DNA from: Eledone cirrhosa
Lineage: Eukaryota
DNA length: 64,000 bases
Direction: 5' to 3'
Assembly: GCA_964016885.1 (NCBI GenBank)
Contig: OZ024742.1
Coordinates: 94,240,001 to 94,304,000, forward strand
This document shows, piece after piece, positions 1 through 13,904 of the stretch. The translations under genes and the position numbers were made by a program. How positions within the stretch are numbered: position 1 is the stretch's first letter; each line of letters opens with the position of its first letter. The notes under the pieces are model-generated. The model did not search any database. It had not been told where the DNA came from and saw only the letters and a program-made list of their open reading frames with translations.

Positions 1-133
1 AATGACTGCAACAATAATTACAAGAGATATAACAGGAACTGCAACATTGTGCAGCAGCAATAATTAGAGTGAATGTTGCAGCAAGCCTATTAGTTTATAT
101 AACTCAAATTACTTGATTATTGCAGTTATATAT

Positions 134-295
134 GCAGGTGTAACCGTGTGGTTTAAAAGTTTGGTTAGAAACCATGTGGTTCTGAGTTTGCACTCACTGT
201 ATACTACCATGGTTAATTGTCTTCTACCATAGCCTTCAGTTGACCAATCTCTCATGTGCGCACTTAGTAATATGAACTATGCATAAGAGCAAAAT
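134..295 (+). mobile_element. Decayed tRNA-derived SINE
   Basis: Degenerate A/B-box-like head (GTGTGGTTT...GGTTCTGAGTT) and a body similar to the copy at 10976-11130; followed by (TA)n. Confidence 0.4.
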
Positions 296-769
296 GTATA
301 TAAATATATATATATATTGTTATACTTGGGGAGGGTCATATTGTTGTAATAATATTGCCAGAAATAATAACAGAACACACTCACTGTTTGGTTGGTTTTC
401 GCTTCTGTATCTTTTATATCTCCACAGTTAATTCATTTGGTCCTCAATGTTTATCATTGACTGACCAACGTTAAAAAATACAGATATAAACACACACACA
501 CACACACACACAGATATATATATATATAAATATGGATACAATAAGGAACTGGTTAGACCATTACTCACCAGAGTACTCGATACTTGGAGTAGTAGAGTAT
601 GGTTATATGATAGAGTCTTGGTATGTATATATATATGAGGGAGGGGAGTTGGGGAATGTGGTCATATGCCTTTTTATGGTGTACAGGGTATGAATACACT
701 TCTTGGCAGTACTCCTGCTATTTATAAAAGACCTGTCACAGTGTGGATATTTGGTGAACTGTGCTGCAT

Positions 770-1555
770 CTGCAGCAAAAACCACACTGTTCATAAACAG
801 GATTGACATGAACAGCTAGGTTTGAAATGGCATTACAACTGGTTATGTATGACCAGTCTGTTGGAATTTGCAGATGACATGGTATTATTTAAATTATCAG
901 AAGGGGATCTCCGACATGTACTTGATAGGTTTGATTTTGACTGTTGCATGGCTGGAATGAAAATCAGTGTTGCAAAGCCTAAGTGACTTCTCCTCTCAAG
1001 GACGTCTGTATAGTGTACTCTACATGTAAATGGAGTTCCTCTGAAGCAGGTGTAGAAGTTGAAGAATCTCAGGGTCATCTTCTTAAATGATGGAAAGCAA
1101 AAGGCTGACTTGAGTATAAGAATTGCAGGAGCTGGTGCCGTCATGTGCCAGCTCCAGCATTTGGTCGAAAGAAGGGAGGTATGTGTAAAATCCAAACTCA
1201 CTATCTTCAACTCAGTGTTTGTGGGCAACCCTTACTAATGACCAAAATATTACAATTATAAATATAAGCATCTGAAATGGGGTTCCTCCAAAGGGTGGTT
1301 GAAGAAACATTACTCAATAGAGTATGTAGCTCAGAGATCAGAGAGTCCCTACAGGTAGAGCCACTACTTCTTATTGAGAGATCACAGCTGTGAAATATTA
1401 TGGGCATGCAGTTAGAATGTCCCAGGAAAAAATTGCTGGACAGATTTTACAGGAAAAACCAACTGGCAGAAGACTGGGGGATAGACCCCAAGCAAGATGT
1501 TTGGATAACATCCATGAACTCAGCTGGACTAGATCAATGTCTTGAAAAAATGAAA
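770..1555 (+). pseudogene. RTE-clade (Rex3/Expander-like) LINE, RT C-terminal remnant
   Basis: Manual translation gives EFADDMVLF...AGMKISVAK...GVPLKQV...RIAGAGAVM with several stops. Homologous to 34680-35530. Confidence 0.75.
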
Positions 1556-1869
1556 TTTGGTAGACAGAAACTACAAAAGACCAACGTATAAGAAATGTCA
1601 GCAAGGAAAAATAACACAAGAGAACAATACAATACAATTAAAAGATAGAGTGTGAGAGAGAAGAGAGAATGTTTGAGAGAAAGAAGAAGAAAAAGGAAGA
1701 TAGAAGAGAGTAAGAAAAGAAAGAAAACATGTGTGTTTGCATGTATCCAGTCTGTGTTTATGTTTGTATTCATGTTTATATTCCACACATTAACAGTTCA
1801 ACAAAAGGAGATTGACCAGATAAATACCAGATTTTTAAAAATTCCCACATCCTGGATGCTGCAGTAAAT

Positions 1870-2200
1870 ATGAGGGTCACTGCTTCCATAGCTAAATGGA
1901 ATAAAATACTAAAGTACTAGGACTTATTGGTAAACCATTTCTTCCTGTCTGTGGCATTCAAAACATTTAAGGAGCAAGGCCGCTGACAACAGAATTCTTA
2001 TCATCGTTAGCAGCGCACCTTACCATGGTATTATATGATGCCTATGAGGGTGCTTGGTTATTTCAGCACCTTAGCCTTGCCATCACCCACAGTAATACTG
2101 TGAGTGTGTTAACTTGCCCTAAAAATTTCAGATGACCCTTATGGTGTGTGACCGATTGATACACTTACTGTTGAGTTGATGCTTTGATTGTACATTTTTC
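1870..2200 (+). mobile_element. CRE-like non-LTR retrotransposon 3' end (REL endonuclease tail plus 3' UTR)
   Basis: Degenerate KY.DL...VAFKT...AWLFQHLSLAITHSNTVSVL motif. Related copies at 62930-63300, one of which encodes GNAASML. Confidence 0.55.
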
Positions 2201-2589
2201 CATATTATATCTATAAGGTTCTTAGCAATTCTTAATTGATTCTATGTATTAATTTCGATTTCATCTTATATATTTGTTATATGATAATGAAAATGCTTGT
2301 TTTTCTCAGGTTAATATGATCAGTTAAGTCCCTTTAAAGTGGTGTCCCAACACTGCCATAATCTAATCATTGATATAAGTAAAAAGACTTTTAAAAAAGA
2401 CGAATATTTGTTAAAAGCCAATGACAGAGACTCTATGTTGTCACTTGAATTGCTAGAAATAGTAGCGAAAACTTATTCTATTTACATGCTACCACCTTAC
2501 AAAAATAATTAATTCATTATATAATAATCAAGGTCAGAAAGTATTTGATTGTATAGTATGGTGGGTGGTAGTTTATCTAGAGCTAAATA

Positions 2590-2950
2590 TATACAGCAAT
2601 AACAAAAACTGCAGGAATATAACAACAATATTATTAAAAATAATAATAATAGTAAAAACAATAACAATAACAACAACAATAATAATAATAATAATGACAA
2701 TAAAAATAACAACAAAAAATGCAGGAAGAACAACAATTACAATAACTACAAGAAGAAAATTAACAACTACAGTAGCAAGAATAACAACAATAACAGCAGG
2801 AATAAGGAAATAGAAAGAATAGCTAAATAAAACAACAGGAGCACATGCTGTCATGACAGTTGTAATAGCAACAAAAAGAAATAAAATCACAGTATTAACA
2901 ACAACACAAGTACTCAAACAACAAGAACAGCAACAGCAGCAGCAATAATA
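2590..2950. repeat. (AAC/AAT/CAG)n low-complexity tract
   Basis: Directly visible trinucleotide repeats; they explain the poly-L/I/V ORFs. Confidence 0.9.
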
Positions 2951-2954
2951 ATAG

Positions 2955-3465
2955 ATTCTGATTTAGGCACAAGGCCAGCAATTTTGGAGGAGGAGGAAAT
3001 TGAATAAATCAACTCCAATGCATGACTGGTACTTTATTTAACAACCCCATAAAGATTAAAAGCAAAGCTAACCTCAGTGGGATTTGAACTCAGAATGTAA
3101 AGGGCCATAACTCTATGCCGCTAAGCATATTCGCTGATGCTCTAGCGATTTTGCCAATTGGATTATAGGCACAAGGCTAACAATTTTGAACTCAGAATGT
3201 AAAGGGCCTAACTCTATGCCGTTAAGCATGTTGGCCAATGCTCTAGCGATTCTGCAATTTGGATTATAGGCACAAGGCTAACAATTTTTGGGGGAAGGGG
3301 AATGTCGATTAAATCGACCCAAGTGCATTACTGGTATATTATTTTATCCACCCGATAAGGATGAAAGGCAAAGTGAAATTTGGACTCAGAACGTAAAGGG
3401 ACGTAACTCTATGCCACAAAGCATGTTTTCTGATGCTCTACCAATTCTGGCAATCCACCATCCTA
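2955..3465 (-). mobile_element. Cluster of three partial tRNA-derived SINE copies (family A)
   Basis: Repeated AGGCACAAGGC...TTTGAACTCAGAA segments. The minus strand has a B-box (GAGTTCAAATCC) and a central TTTGCCTTTCATCC...GGGGTCGAT block. Confidence 0.75.
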
Positions 3466-3672
3466 ACATCAGCAAGAGCAGTAATAATAACAATAACTAC
3501 AGTAGCAGAAACAACAATATAACATCAATCATAATAACAAATATAATAAATGTGAGTGTTGATTGAAAAGTTCGTAGGATGACTATGAATGAGTAATGAT
3601 AGAGCTGTGATATCTTGCCTACATTAATTTCAAATCTCCTTATTAATAACTGCATTGTTTCTTTCCAGGGAC

Positions 3673-4010
3673 TTTGGAGGCCCCATTTGATCATAAATGA
3701 CCATGATTTTGCACCTAGAAAGTTTCCCTCTGAGGCACAATCCTGGGCAAGGTTTGTTTTGTGGAAGACTAGCAGTCACCCATGCATACCAGCCTCCCCT
3801 CTACACACCACCAATGTTGTCTAAGGGAAAGGCAATGATCGATACAGCTTGGCAGCAGTGACGTTGCAACTCATTTCTACAGCGGAGTAAACTGGAGCAA
3901 CATGTGAAATAAAGTGTCTCAAGGACACAATGCATCATCCAGTCCGAGAATCAAACTCACAACCTCTCAATTGCAAGCCCGATGCTCTAAACACTAAGCC
4001 ATGTGCCTTC
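3673..4010 (-). mobile_element. tRNA-derived SINE (family B)
   Basis: Minus strand reads GGCACATGGCTTAGTG (A-box), GAGTTTGATTCTC (B-box), then TGTGTCCTTGAG...ACACTTTATTTCAC. Homologous to 22545-22840. Confidence 0.8.
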
Positions 4011-4974
4011 ACAGGGACTATTTTCTAAAATAAACCTCATTTGGTTATTCCATGTGAGTAACTTTATCAGTCTATAAACGTTTCAGCCAACACTCATATG
4101 ACAACTGAAACACAGGCTGTAAACAGTCATAAACACAACTAAAACAGCAGCAGAAACTACAACTGCACAGCAAACACTGTCCTTGAGGAGCTAGTAATGG
4201 TATGCTTGGGATTGCATAATCTGCTTGAAAGAACAGCTAAATCTTCCTTTAAAACAAGGATACATTGGGTACTTAGTTCCAGGTAAATTATCTGAAGAAA
4301 AGGTAGGGTGGTCACCATTAGAATGACTTTAAATATAAACCTACTAAATTAGGGATGGTTGGTGTGCTTAGCAACTAAGCCAGCTCCTCCACCAGACCCT
4401 TGTCTAGTGAGGAGGTTAAGTGGAACCCCAGCAACACAATAAACAAGAGCTGTTAAAAGGACAGATTAACTCCTCAGAGTCAATGGCTATCAACCCCAAC
4501 TATGGTTTAAATAGCCTCCTCAACCTGCAATTGGCTAAGCTTGGGGAAGATAGCTACACCTCTGTCATGGCAAAAACCAGACAGAAAGAGGTGAAGGTCA
4601 ACCAGGGAGGGGTTCCTCCAACCAGAGTGAGAAGTCCCTCGATTGGATTGGAAATTAGAAATGAACTGTGTATACATAACAATAGTAGTAGTAGCAGCAA
4701 AAATAACAGCAGCAGTATCAGCAACAATAACTATTACTACTACAATAATAACAACAACAATAACAGCAATAACAGCAACAACCATAACAGCAACAAAATC
4801 AACAATAGCAAAAGCCATAATAACAACAGACTCTCCCCCACTCCAGCTATCACATGTCAGATGTATACATAATTGTTATTGTCAAGTTACAGCAGACATT
4901 AACAGCACCAAAGGCTGCAGCATTGCAAATTAAAACAACAACAACAGCAACAACAACAAAAATAATAATAATGA

Positions 4975-5188
4975 TTTCTACTATAGGTACAAGGCCAGTA
5001 ATTTTTGGGAGAGGAAAGTTGATTAAATCGACCCCAGTGTGTGACTGGTACTTTATTTTATCGATCCCATAAGGATAAAAGGCAAAGTTAACCTCAGCGA
5101 GATTTTAACTCAGATCATAAAGGGCTGCAACACTATGCTGCAAAGCATGACGTCCAACCCTCTACTAATACTGCCAACCCTCCGCCCT
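4975..5188 (-). mobile_element. tRNA-derived SINE (family A)
   Basis: TGGCAGTATTAG A-box, GAGTTAAAATC B-box, central TTGCCTTTTATCCTTATGGGATCGATAAAATAAAGTACCAG block and ATT tail. Confidence 0.8.
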
Positions 5189-5237
5189 ATAATAATAATG
5201 ATAATAATAATAATAATATTAATAATAATAATAATAA

Positions 5238-5435
5238 ATATACTAAGGAAGATTCTGTCAATATAAGTACATCACAAGTCTAAACACTAAAGATGCATAT
5301 GTGAGTATGTATGTTCTTTCTTGAACATGGCGGACCTTGTTGTTTCTTGAGGTCACTGCTTGTGACTTGGTGATAACTCGTATGAACATAAAGCAAGATA
5401 AATGCAACTGTAATAATAATAATAATAATAATAAT
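5238..5435 (+). mobile_element. Dong/R4 LINE 3'-terminal fragment
   Basis: Near-identical to 7779-7977; ends in (TAA)n and is embedded in a (TAA)n tract. Confidence 0.9.
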
Positions 5436-7978
5436 ATACATGCCCCATGGATAGACAGACAAATGAAAGATACAGCTCACCTTGAGGAACAAATATGGGA
5501 AAATATAACAGTTGAATAGTTGCGTTTGGCTCTAAGAAAAACCAGCAAATGGAAATCCCCTGGAAAAGACAAAATACAAAATTTTTGGATAAATGCCTTC
5601 ACAGAGTCTCGTGAGCTGTTAGCCCAACTTTACAATGAAATAGTTAAGGAGCCAGAAAAGATACCATCATGGCTAGTTAACGGCATTACATTCCTGCTTC
5701 CGAAGAATGATGAGACAAACAATCCCAAAAATTACAGACCGATAACTTTCTTGACCACAATGTATAAAATTTTAACATCAGTCCTAACTGAATATACATA
5801 TGACCACCTGATAACAAATTACCTATTTCCCATTGAGCAGAAAGGGTGTAAACGAGGCTCATATGGCTGTAAGGATCAGCTTTTGGTTAACAAAATGATA
5901 CTGGAAGATTGTCATAATAGACACAAAAATCTATCAATTGCTTGGATAGATTATAAAAAAGCATTCGATAGTTTGCCACACAGTTGGATTGAAAAATGTT
6001 TAGAGATTTTCAAAATATCTCCCGTTGTCAGGAGGTTTTTGTCATTCAGTATGAAGACATGGAAAACGACACTCCTTTTGAATAGTGAAACAAAATCACT
6101 GGAAGCTGGAGAAGTTAATATTAATTGTGGAATTTTTCAGGGTGACTCTTTATCACCGCTTTTATTCTGCATCGCACTTATACCATTAAGTAGAATGCTC
6201 AATGAAAAAAAACATGGATATAAAGTCTATGACAAAACCATTAATCACTTGTTCTACATGGATGACCTGAAACTATTCGCAAAAAATGATGAACAATTGC
6301 AAGGGCTATTATCCACTGTGGAGCAGTTCAGTGATGACATTAAAATGGAGTTTGGACTAGATAAATGCGCCAAAGCAACGTTCACCAGAGGAAAGCTGCT
6401 GAAAAGTTCAGACATTAGTCTTGATCGGGGGAATGTGATAAGAGAACTTGATCAAGAGGAAACTTACAAATATCTAGGTCTTTGTGAAGTAGACGGAATC
6501 AAGCACTCGACAATGAGGGAAAGGATAAGGAAGGAATGTTACCACAGAGTAAGAGCAATCTTAAGAATGGAATTGAATGCAAGGAATAGGATCAATGCCA
6601 TAAACTCGCTTGCCATACCAGTAGTAACCTACAGTTACAATGTCATCAACTGGTCAAGCACAGTGATCCGTAGGCTCGATACAAAAATTCGAAAATTCTT
6701 AACCATGCACAGAATGCATCACCCTAAGGCAGATACAGATAGAATATATCTCTCTAGGAAAGAAGGAGGACGTGGGTTAATCCAGTTAGACATTGCGTTG
6801 AAAACTGCAACAATTGGATTATCTACATATCTAAGGGAATCACATGATTGGATGATCAAACTCGTTTTGAAACACGAAAGCATCAAAAGATCATACTCCA
6901 TTACAAAAGATGCACAAAGATACAGTAATGGACTACAAATTTCAGAAGTCCCATTTACTGCTGAAATGGAAAACACAGAAAAAGCAAAGCAGGTAAAAGT
7001 AACTGCAAAGAAAGAACCGCTACAGAAACTGGCGAAGAAATGGCAAGAAAAGCCTCTGTATGGAAAATACCCAGAAGGAGCTAACAATCCTGATGTTGAC
7101 AAAACTTTAACCCATCAGTGGTTGGCATCCTCTGGACTGAAATCGGAGACTGAAGGACTGATTATATCAGCACAAGATCAGTGTCTGCCAACAAAAAATT
7201 ACCAAGCCAACATAATAAAAAATGGATGCAGCCCATTATGTCGTGTATGTAAAAAACAACCAGCGACCATTGACCATATAATTTCAATGTGCAGTCCTAT
7301 AGCTCCAACCGAATACCTAAACAGGCATGACAGAGCTGCACAATACATACATTGGATAATGTGTAAGCATTTTGACCTGCCCCATCAAAAGAATTGGTGG
7401 GAGCATCAACCACCTCCCATACCTGAAAAAGATCACATCTCAATCTTGTGGAACTTTAGCATCCAAACAGACCGAAAAATAGATGCAAGTAGACCTGATA
7501 TAATATTGAAGGACTTTAAAAAGAGGGTATGCCTGCTAATTGATATGTCCGTTCCAATAGACAAGAATGTATCTATAAAAACATTTGAAAAATTGAGCAA
7601 GTATAAGGACCTGGAGATAGAAATTGGAAAAATGCGGACATTTAGAACTAAAACAATACCAGTGATTGTAGGCGCTCTAGGAATGATACCTAAGGCGTCT
7701 AATGATTACTTATCGCTAATCTCAGGAAACCCGCGTATAGGAGAAATACAAAAGATAGTACTAATTGGAACCTGCCCATATACTAAGGAAGATTATGTCA
7801 ATATAAGTACATCACAAGTCTAAACACCTAAAGATGCATGTGTGAGTATGCATGTTCTTTCTTGAACATGGTGGACCTTGTTGTCTCTTGAGGTCACTGG
7901 TTGTGACTTGGTGATAACTCGTATGAACACAAAGCAAGATAAATGCAGCTGTAATAATAATAATAATAATAATAATAA
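5436..7978 (+). mobile_element. 5'-truncated Dong/R4-clade non-LTR retrotransposon
   Basis: RT followed by a CCHC knuckle and a REL endonuclease; 3' UTR ends in a (TAA)n tail; the 5' junction lies in (TAA)n. Confidence 0.9.
5520..7823 (+). pseudogene. Reverse transcriptase / restriction-like endonuclease ORF (Dong/R4)
   Basis: Motifs NYRPIT, WIDYKKAFDS, GIFQGDSLSPLLF, YMDD, CRVC...HIISMC, RHD, RPDII..D and KLSKYKDL. An in-frame TAG lies at 5517-5519 upstream and there is a probable frameshift near the C-terminus. Confidence 0.9.
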
Positions 7979-8819
7979 CAACAACAACAAAACCACAGAC
8001 ACTACAATGAATTCAGCATGTAACTGTAAGATATGAAGTTTGTGCAAACAACAATAACAACAATAACACTAGGGACTGCTGTTATTGCAACTATACCCCA
8101 TAATTATATAGCATGTACCCTATGACACATGTCTGTATGCATATGTATGTGTGCATGTGTATATGCATTTGCATGCATGCATATGTATGCATATATATGT
8201 GTGGTTGTGTATGCATGTGTGTGCATGTGTATATATGCAAATGCATATTTCTGCATGTATATGTATATGCATATTATGTTGTATAAGACTAAGTTCTATT
8301 TTACTTCATTTGTTTACTGATGTCTAGTCTTTTCAAAGTTTGTTGTAGTTTCATTATTTATAAATGTACACACAATAGTCAATTTGTCTATATGAAGCAA
8401 TCTAATAATTTAAACCTTCACTAATTCTATACAAAATATCAACATAATCCATTTTGTTTATGCGTTACATATACATACATGTTTTGATAAAACAAAGATT
8501 GGAAAGTCTATTAACCAATTTAATGATGAGATGTTCATGTGCTATAATAGTTCATCTGATTAATTAAGGCAAGTTCCCTATCTATTCCTATTTCAAAGAA
8601 AAGAAGAGAAGGAAGTAAAATGATTATGCTTTTATTCTATACTAAATAAATGCATAGGTTGAAAATATAAACGTCTCAGTATTAAACTGATTAATATGAA
8701 ATCCATTTGTTTATTTCACTAAACATGATAAACTCAACTTGCATGCATATAGACACATATAAACAGGCACATCATACATACATGCATACATACAGACATA
8801 TATGCATACATACAAATGC

Positions 8820-9468
8820 ATACATTAAGAGGGATCAGATGTTGTTTACTCGAGAGAAGGTTACGTTGGTATGGTCACATGATGCGCATGAAAGACGACA
8901 GCTGTATAACAAAGTGCAGGGCAATAAAGATAGACGGTAGCTACGGAGTAGGCAGACCCAGAAAAACCTGGGACGAGCTGATAAATTCTGACCTCACACA
9001 CTTACACCTCTCCAAGACAATGTCACTGGACCGAGACCTTTGGCGGTACTCAGTAATAGAGAAGACCCGCCTTACCTAAATACAAAGTAAAACTTACTAC
9101 AGTCAGTAAGCATCTCTAACAAAATACACCCCATCCCACCAACCCCACCCCATCCACGCCGCCCCTTTCAATGTAAAATTATGTTGGTGCCACAACATCC
9201 AGGCCGAAACAAATGAGATTGTGTAGGTGTCACGATAAAAAAAACACACAGTCCACGCTGTAATGTGGCCGTGTAAGCAACACGGTAAAAACCTCCCAGC
9301 CCCACACTGTAAATGTGGTTGGTGTTTGGAAGGGCATCCAGCTGTAGAAAACCCGCCAGACAGTCCTATGCGAGCAAGACAACCACTCTTGCCTCAAGTG
9401 GGAAAACCCCGTCCAAACCCATGCAAGCGTGGAACACGGACGTTAAACGATGATGATGATGATGATGA
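8820..9468 (+). mobile_element. RTE LINE 3' fragment
   Basis: RRLRWYGHMMRM...GRPRKTW, then a 3' UTR and (GAT)n tail; close to the element at 24903-27337. Confidence 0.9.
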
Positions 9469-10975
9469 TATATACATACATACATACATATACACATACA
9501 TACACATTCATATACAGACACATACAAAGGCATATGCAGACACATACAACAATATTTTTTTTGTGCATGAGTATATGCATATATGTAAGACATATCCATA
9601 TGCTTACATACACAAACATGTTTTTATGCCAGACATTATTACCGGCTTTATGTAGAATGTTTTTTTCAAATTTGAAAAACAAATACAAGTAAATTTAAAA
9701 CACTGCAGTGCCATATACATTGAAAATTGAATTGAAGGCTGCTATGGACATGTTGTGTGTGGTGTGGTATGGGGTGTGTTTGTTTGTTTGTGTGTGTGTG
9801 TGTGCGCATGCATGTGTGTGTGTGAGAGAGAAAGAGAGAGAGGGGGGAAAGTAATTAGATTTGGTGATGTTTAGCCTCAAGTCAGCCTTAATCAAACAGA
9901 CTTAGGATCAAAGATATTTCAGCTGTCCCCATACAATCCCTTTTTAAGACAGTGTATTTTAAATTACATTATGTCCTTTCTTTTTGTAGGATGTGATGGT
10001 GGAATTCTAAAGAGAGTTGGCTGCCAATTTTAGCACATTGAAAATATCTCTAAAGAATTCTTAACTGTCTTACATGAGAAAAAGTTCCAATATGATGCCT
10101 CAAACTGTTATATATTAAACCTTCTATTGATGTATAAGTCAAAGATGGCATGGCACTACTGTCAGATACAACATGCAAATTATACATTTACAATATTTTG
10201 AGGCCACTTTTCCATAATAAAACAGGTGTTAGACTTAAGAGCCCCATGAAATGCTTCCTACTCATCATGGGATCCTTTAGGAACCAATGTTTAACTGTCA
10301 GATACCCCTTCTGGTGCCAACGTTTTTCTTTGCTTCTTCCTGCATACCGTGTTCTTATTCTAAACCAGATAAGGAGATTTGAGTGCTATTAAAAGAGGTT
10401 GAGTGACCAGATGAAATTCGCATATTAGTTTAATAATTTCTGCTGCTATATTTTCTAACAATAATATCATTTTACCAAAAGATTCCAGAGATGTAGTAGA
10501 TTTCACTGGTTAGCACTGGATGGTCTTTTGTGGCCTCCTCATATGTCCCAGTGCCTGTTCAACATGTCATTCAGTGAACTGATGACAGGCAATATATGCT
10601 TATTCAAGCTGAGCACCTAGCTTCTCTCAGTTTGACAACCGACCTATGTAGTGAAAAGTCGCTGATATGGCTATCATAGGATAGTCTAGTAGATCAGGTC
10701 AGATCTATTGGAGTAAGCCTCGATAAAAATCCTGCATGTATCATAGTAAGCAGTAGCTTATACGATGATCATCAGTTTAAATAAATGACCTCAGCATCAT
10801 GAACACCGGTGGCTTTGCAGATAATCGACTATAAATTCAACAATGTGTTGGCATAACTGCCCTAGTTAGCAGAAAAATCTATGCAGGTATGGCAAGCCAC
10901 ATATATTCTAGCCATTAGAAAAAGCAAACTAAATGCTTCATCCTCAATGGATGACTCAAGAAGAAAAAGAAGAAG

Positions 10976-11130
10976 TAGATCATGGCTCAATGGTTCAAAA
11001 GACTGCTTTGTAACCACAAAGTTCTGGATTTGATCCCACTATGTGACACCTTGAAAAGTATCTTTTACCTTACTTAGACCCACCCAAGACTTTGTGAATG
11101 AAATTAGGCAACTGTGTAAGACCATAATAG
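10976..11130 (+). mobile_element. Decayed tRNA-derived SINE
   Basis: TGGCTCAATGG A-box, GATTTGATCCC B-box-like, then GTGACACCTTG. Confidence 0.5.
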
Positions 11131-13177
11131 AATGTGTACCTGTAATTCCATAATCCAATATTCATTCTAATTCTGCCCAAGAATTACAGTAACACCTTTA
11201 TTAACAAATCACCCAAAACAGCCCCTGTTTCTACAATAAAATGCTTCTTGTTTTAAAGTGTATATATTTTACCTGGAAACCTTCCATCATAATTTATGTT
11301 CCAAACAGCAGCTTAATAATGAGAATGTTATACAACTAAATCTCTTCAAATGATTGTGCATGCCTGTAGAATCACATTTCAAATGCACTCAGTCGTTTCA
11401 AGTCAGATGCCTTTAAAGTCCATGCCTCACAACAATATAAAGCTACTGGCCACACTACATATTAATTCAAAAAGCAGATGAACTAGTTGATTGAATAACT
11501 ACGATATTCATCATTAAAACTGACGGAGATCCATTTATTCTTAATCTTGCCCTAAGATATTGACATCAGTTGTGAGACTGCAATTGGTTAAAAGTGAAAC
11601 CTCTTAAACATTTCCTTTCTTTCATTTTTATCCTCTCTGCCAGAATAGACAAGAAAAAAAAAAGAAAAAAAGCTGATGCAAGTGCGAGGCGTCTGCCAGC
11701 CAAAATGTCATATAAAGATTATAACTGCTTTCACGACAGTATCACTGACCGACTAACTTGCACAGAAGCTTTTCTCATTGGTTGCTGCCAACTTTAAATA
11801 GTTTTCGCTGCGTTTTATCTAATTTTCATGCTCGCTTTTTATTTTCCTTCTTTGCTGTGATAGTTAAGTATTATATTTATTTATTTATTATTTTTTTTTT
11901 TGCCTTTTCATATTCATAGATATTGCCAATCATATCATTTATCAGATTAGTATCTTTCAAAGTAATTCTTGCAAGCCATTTATTGCATAAGCAATGAAGC
12001 AGTGATATCGCTTTCAGACTTTTGCCTGCCTTTTGAAGAGGTGTATTGGAAAAATTTTTAATTTTCATATATAACCATCTCACAGACATTGGATAATTTG
12101 TCTTATGTACGACAGTTTAATTAAATGTACACCAATTAAATGGTGATGCTTTAGCATTTCTTCACTCCGTTCATATCTACTGCTAAACGTAATTATTCAC
12201 ACATACACACACATATATATAGATATAAATATATATATATATGTATGTATGTATGTATGTATTCATATATATATATGTACATAAATTTATGCCTGTGTGT
12301 GTGAATGTATGTATATTAATAATTGATACCATATATATGTATACATCCATATATATATATATATATATATTCTCATATATGTAGGCACATTTGTGTTTAT
12401 ATATTTATATACCTTTTAATATCTATAAATCTAAGTTTCTATTATCCCTCTCTCTCTTTCTCTTTATATATAATATAATATATAATATTTTATATCTATA
12501 TTCATATATATATAATGTAATATATATAGAAACACACACATATATGTATGTATGTATGTATATGATATATATATAATCAATTCATAGGCATCTTATGTAT
12601 CTGTTTATGTATAAAGATAAATTTATAATATATGAATATATGCGTGTGTAGATATTTCTGACTGTGTATTCAAGTGTACATTGATAAGCATATAAATGTA
12701 TATTTGAAAGCAAGTAAAAGCATATATGTGTGTTGTGTGCCTGTGTGTGTGTGTGTGTATAAAGAGAGGGAGAGAGAGGGAGAGAGGGAGAGAGAGGAAG
12801 AGGGAGAGAGAGAGATGTGTATACTCACACGCACATAGTTTTATATTATTTATGATTTTGTGTTATGTGCATTTTATATATGCTTGAATGTATATCAACA
12901 CTTTGATACATACATATTCTTACATATAAGCACATATACATATATGCACATATACACACATATACACACATTTATATATATACTGACTTCCTCAAAATGG
13001 CTAACTGAACACGTGTTCCCCCACCCCAACATTATTTTTCCATTTCTTCTTTATATCTCCTGCTATGTTTTGATGACTGTCAGACGTCTGAAACTTTAAG
13101 ACTCTCTTCATTAAACATTAAACTAATACATTTTCATTGTACTGTATTATTTTCTGTGTTGTTTTCCCTTTAATTTT

Positions 13178-13304
<127 letters not shown>

Positions 13305-13904
13305 ATTTATATATACATAAACGAGAAAAAAAGAAAATAATGACTTCACTTGTAGTGTTAAATAATTTGATTTAATTTTATAATATTATAATATTATGAG
13401 TTGGTAGATCTAGTAAGTTCTTTGTTAACTGCGGTAGGAAGAATTTTAAATATTACTGGTTAACTTTGTTGAAGAACTTTTTCGCATTCGTCTGTGGCGA
13501 TTGTCAAACTGAGATCAGGTTGTGTTGAGATGTATGACTATATATAAGAGAGATTTGGGTCTGTCTGGGGTGTGGGGTGTGGTATTAATGAGTGTTGATG
13601 AGGATTTTGAGGAATTAAAGCATACACACACACACGCACATACATGCACACATACATACACACCCACACACATATATATATATACACTCAGAAAATGGTG
13701 AGGTTGCAAGAAAAGGGGGTTTGAGAAGGTGGTTGTAAACCTTCCCTCCTGCTGGTTTTATTTCATTAGCTGACCTTTGATGAGTATATAATGGCAGGGT
13801 GATTTTCAAATTCGTTTCTTATAGCTGAATCAACTCTCTTAAATTTATAAATTTCTATATCAAAGATGAATTTTGGTGCGTGTCTGGGTTTTGGGGTTTT
13901 AATG

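Noticed and set aside
3870-4010. tRNA gene (A and B boxes)
   Set aside because: It is the multi-copy head of a SINE with no intact cloverleaf; the same applies to the other A/B-box hits.
5238-7978. LTR retrotransposon (ORF between direct repeats)
   Set aside because: The repeats are LINE 3' ends with TAA tails; the protein is a non-LTR RT+REL with no gag, protease or integrase.
13060-13110. TTGATGA...GAAAC possible hammerhead remnant
   Set aside because: C3 is missing and no stem I partner or NUH is present. It may be a decayed PLE end, but this cannot be supported.
13400-13900. Inverted N-terminal part of the Penelope element
   Set aside because: Only a vague VIHL...EKVL resemblance; insufficient without a profile search.
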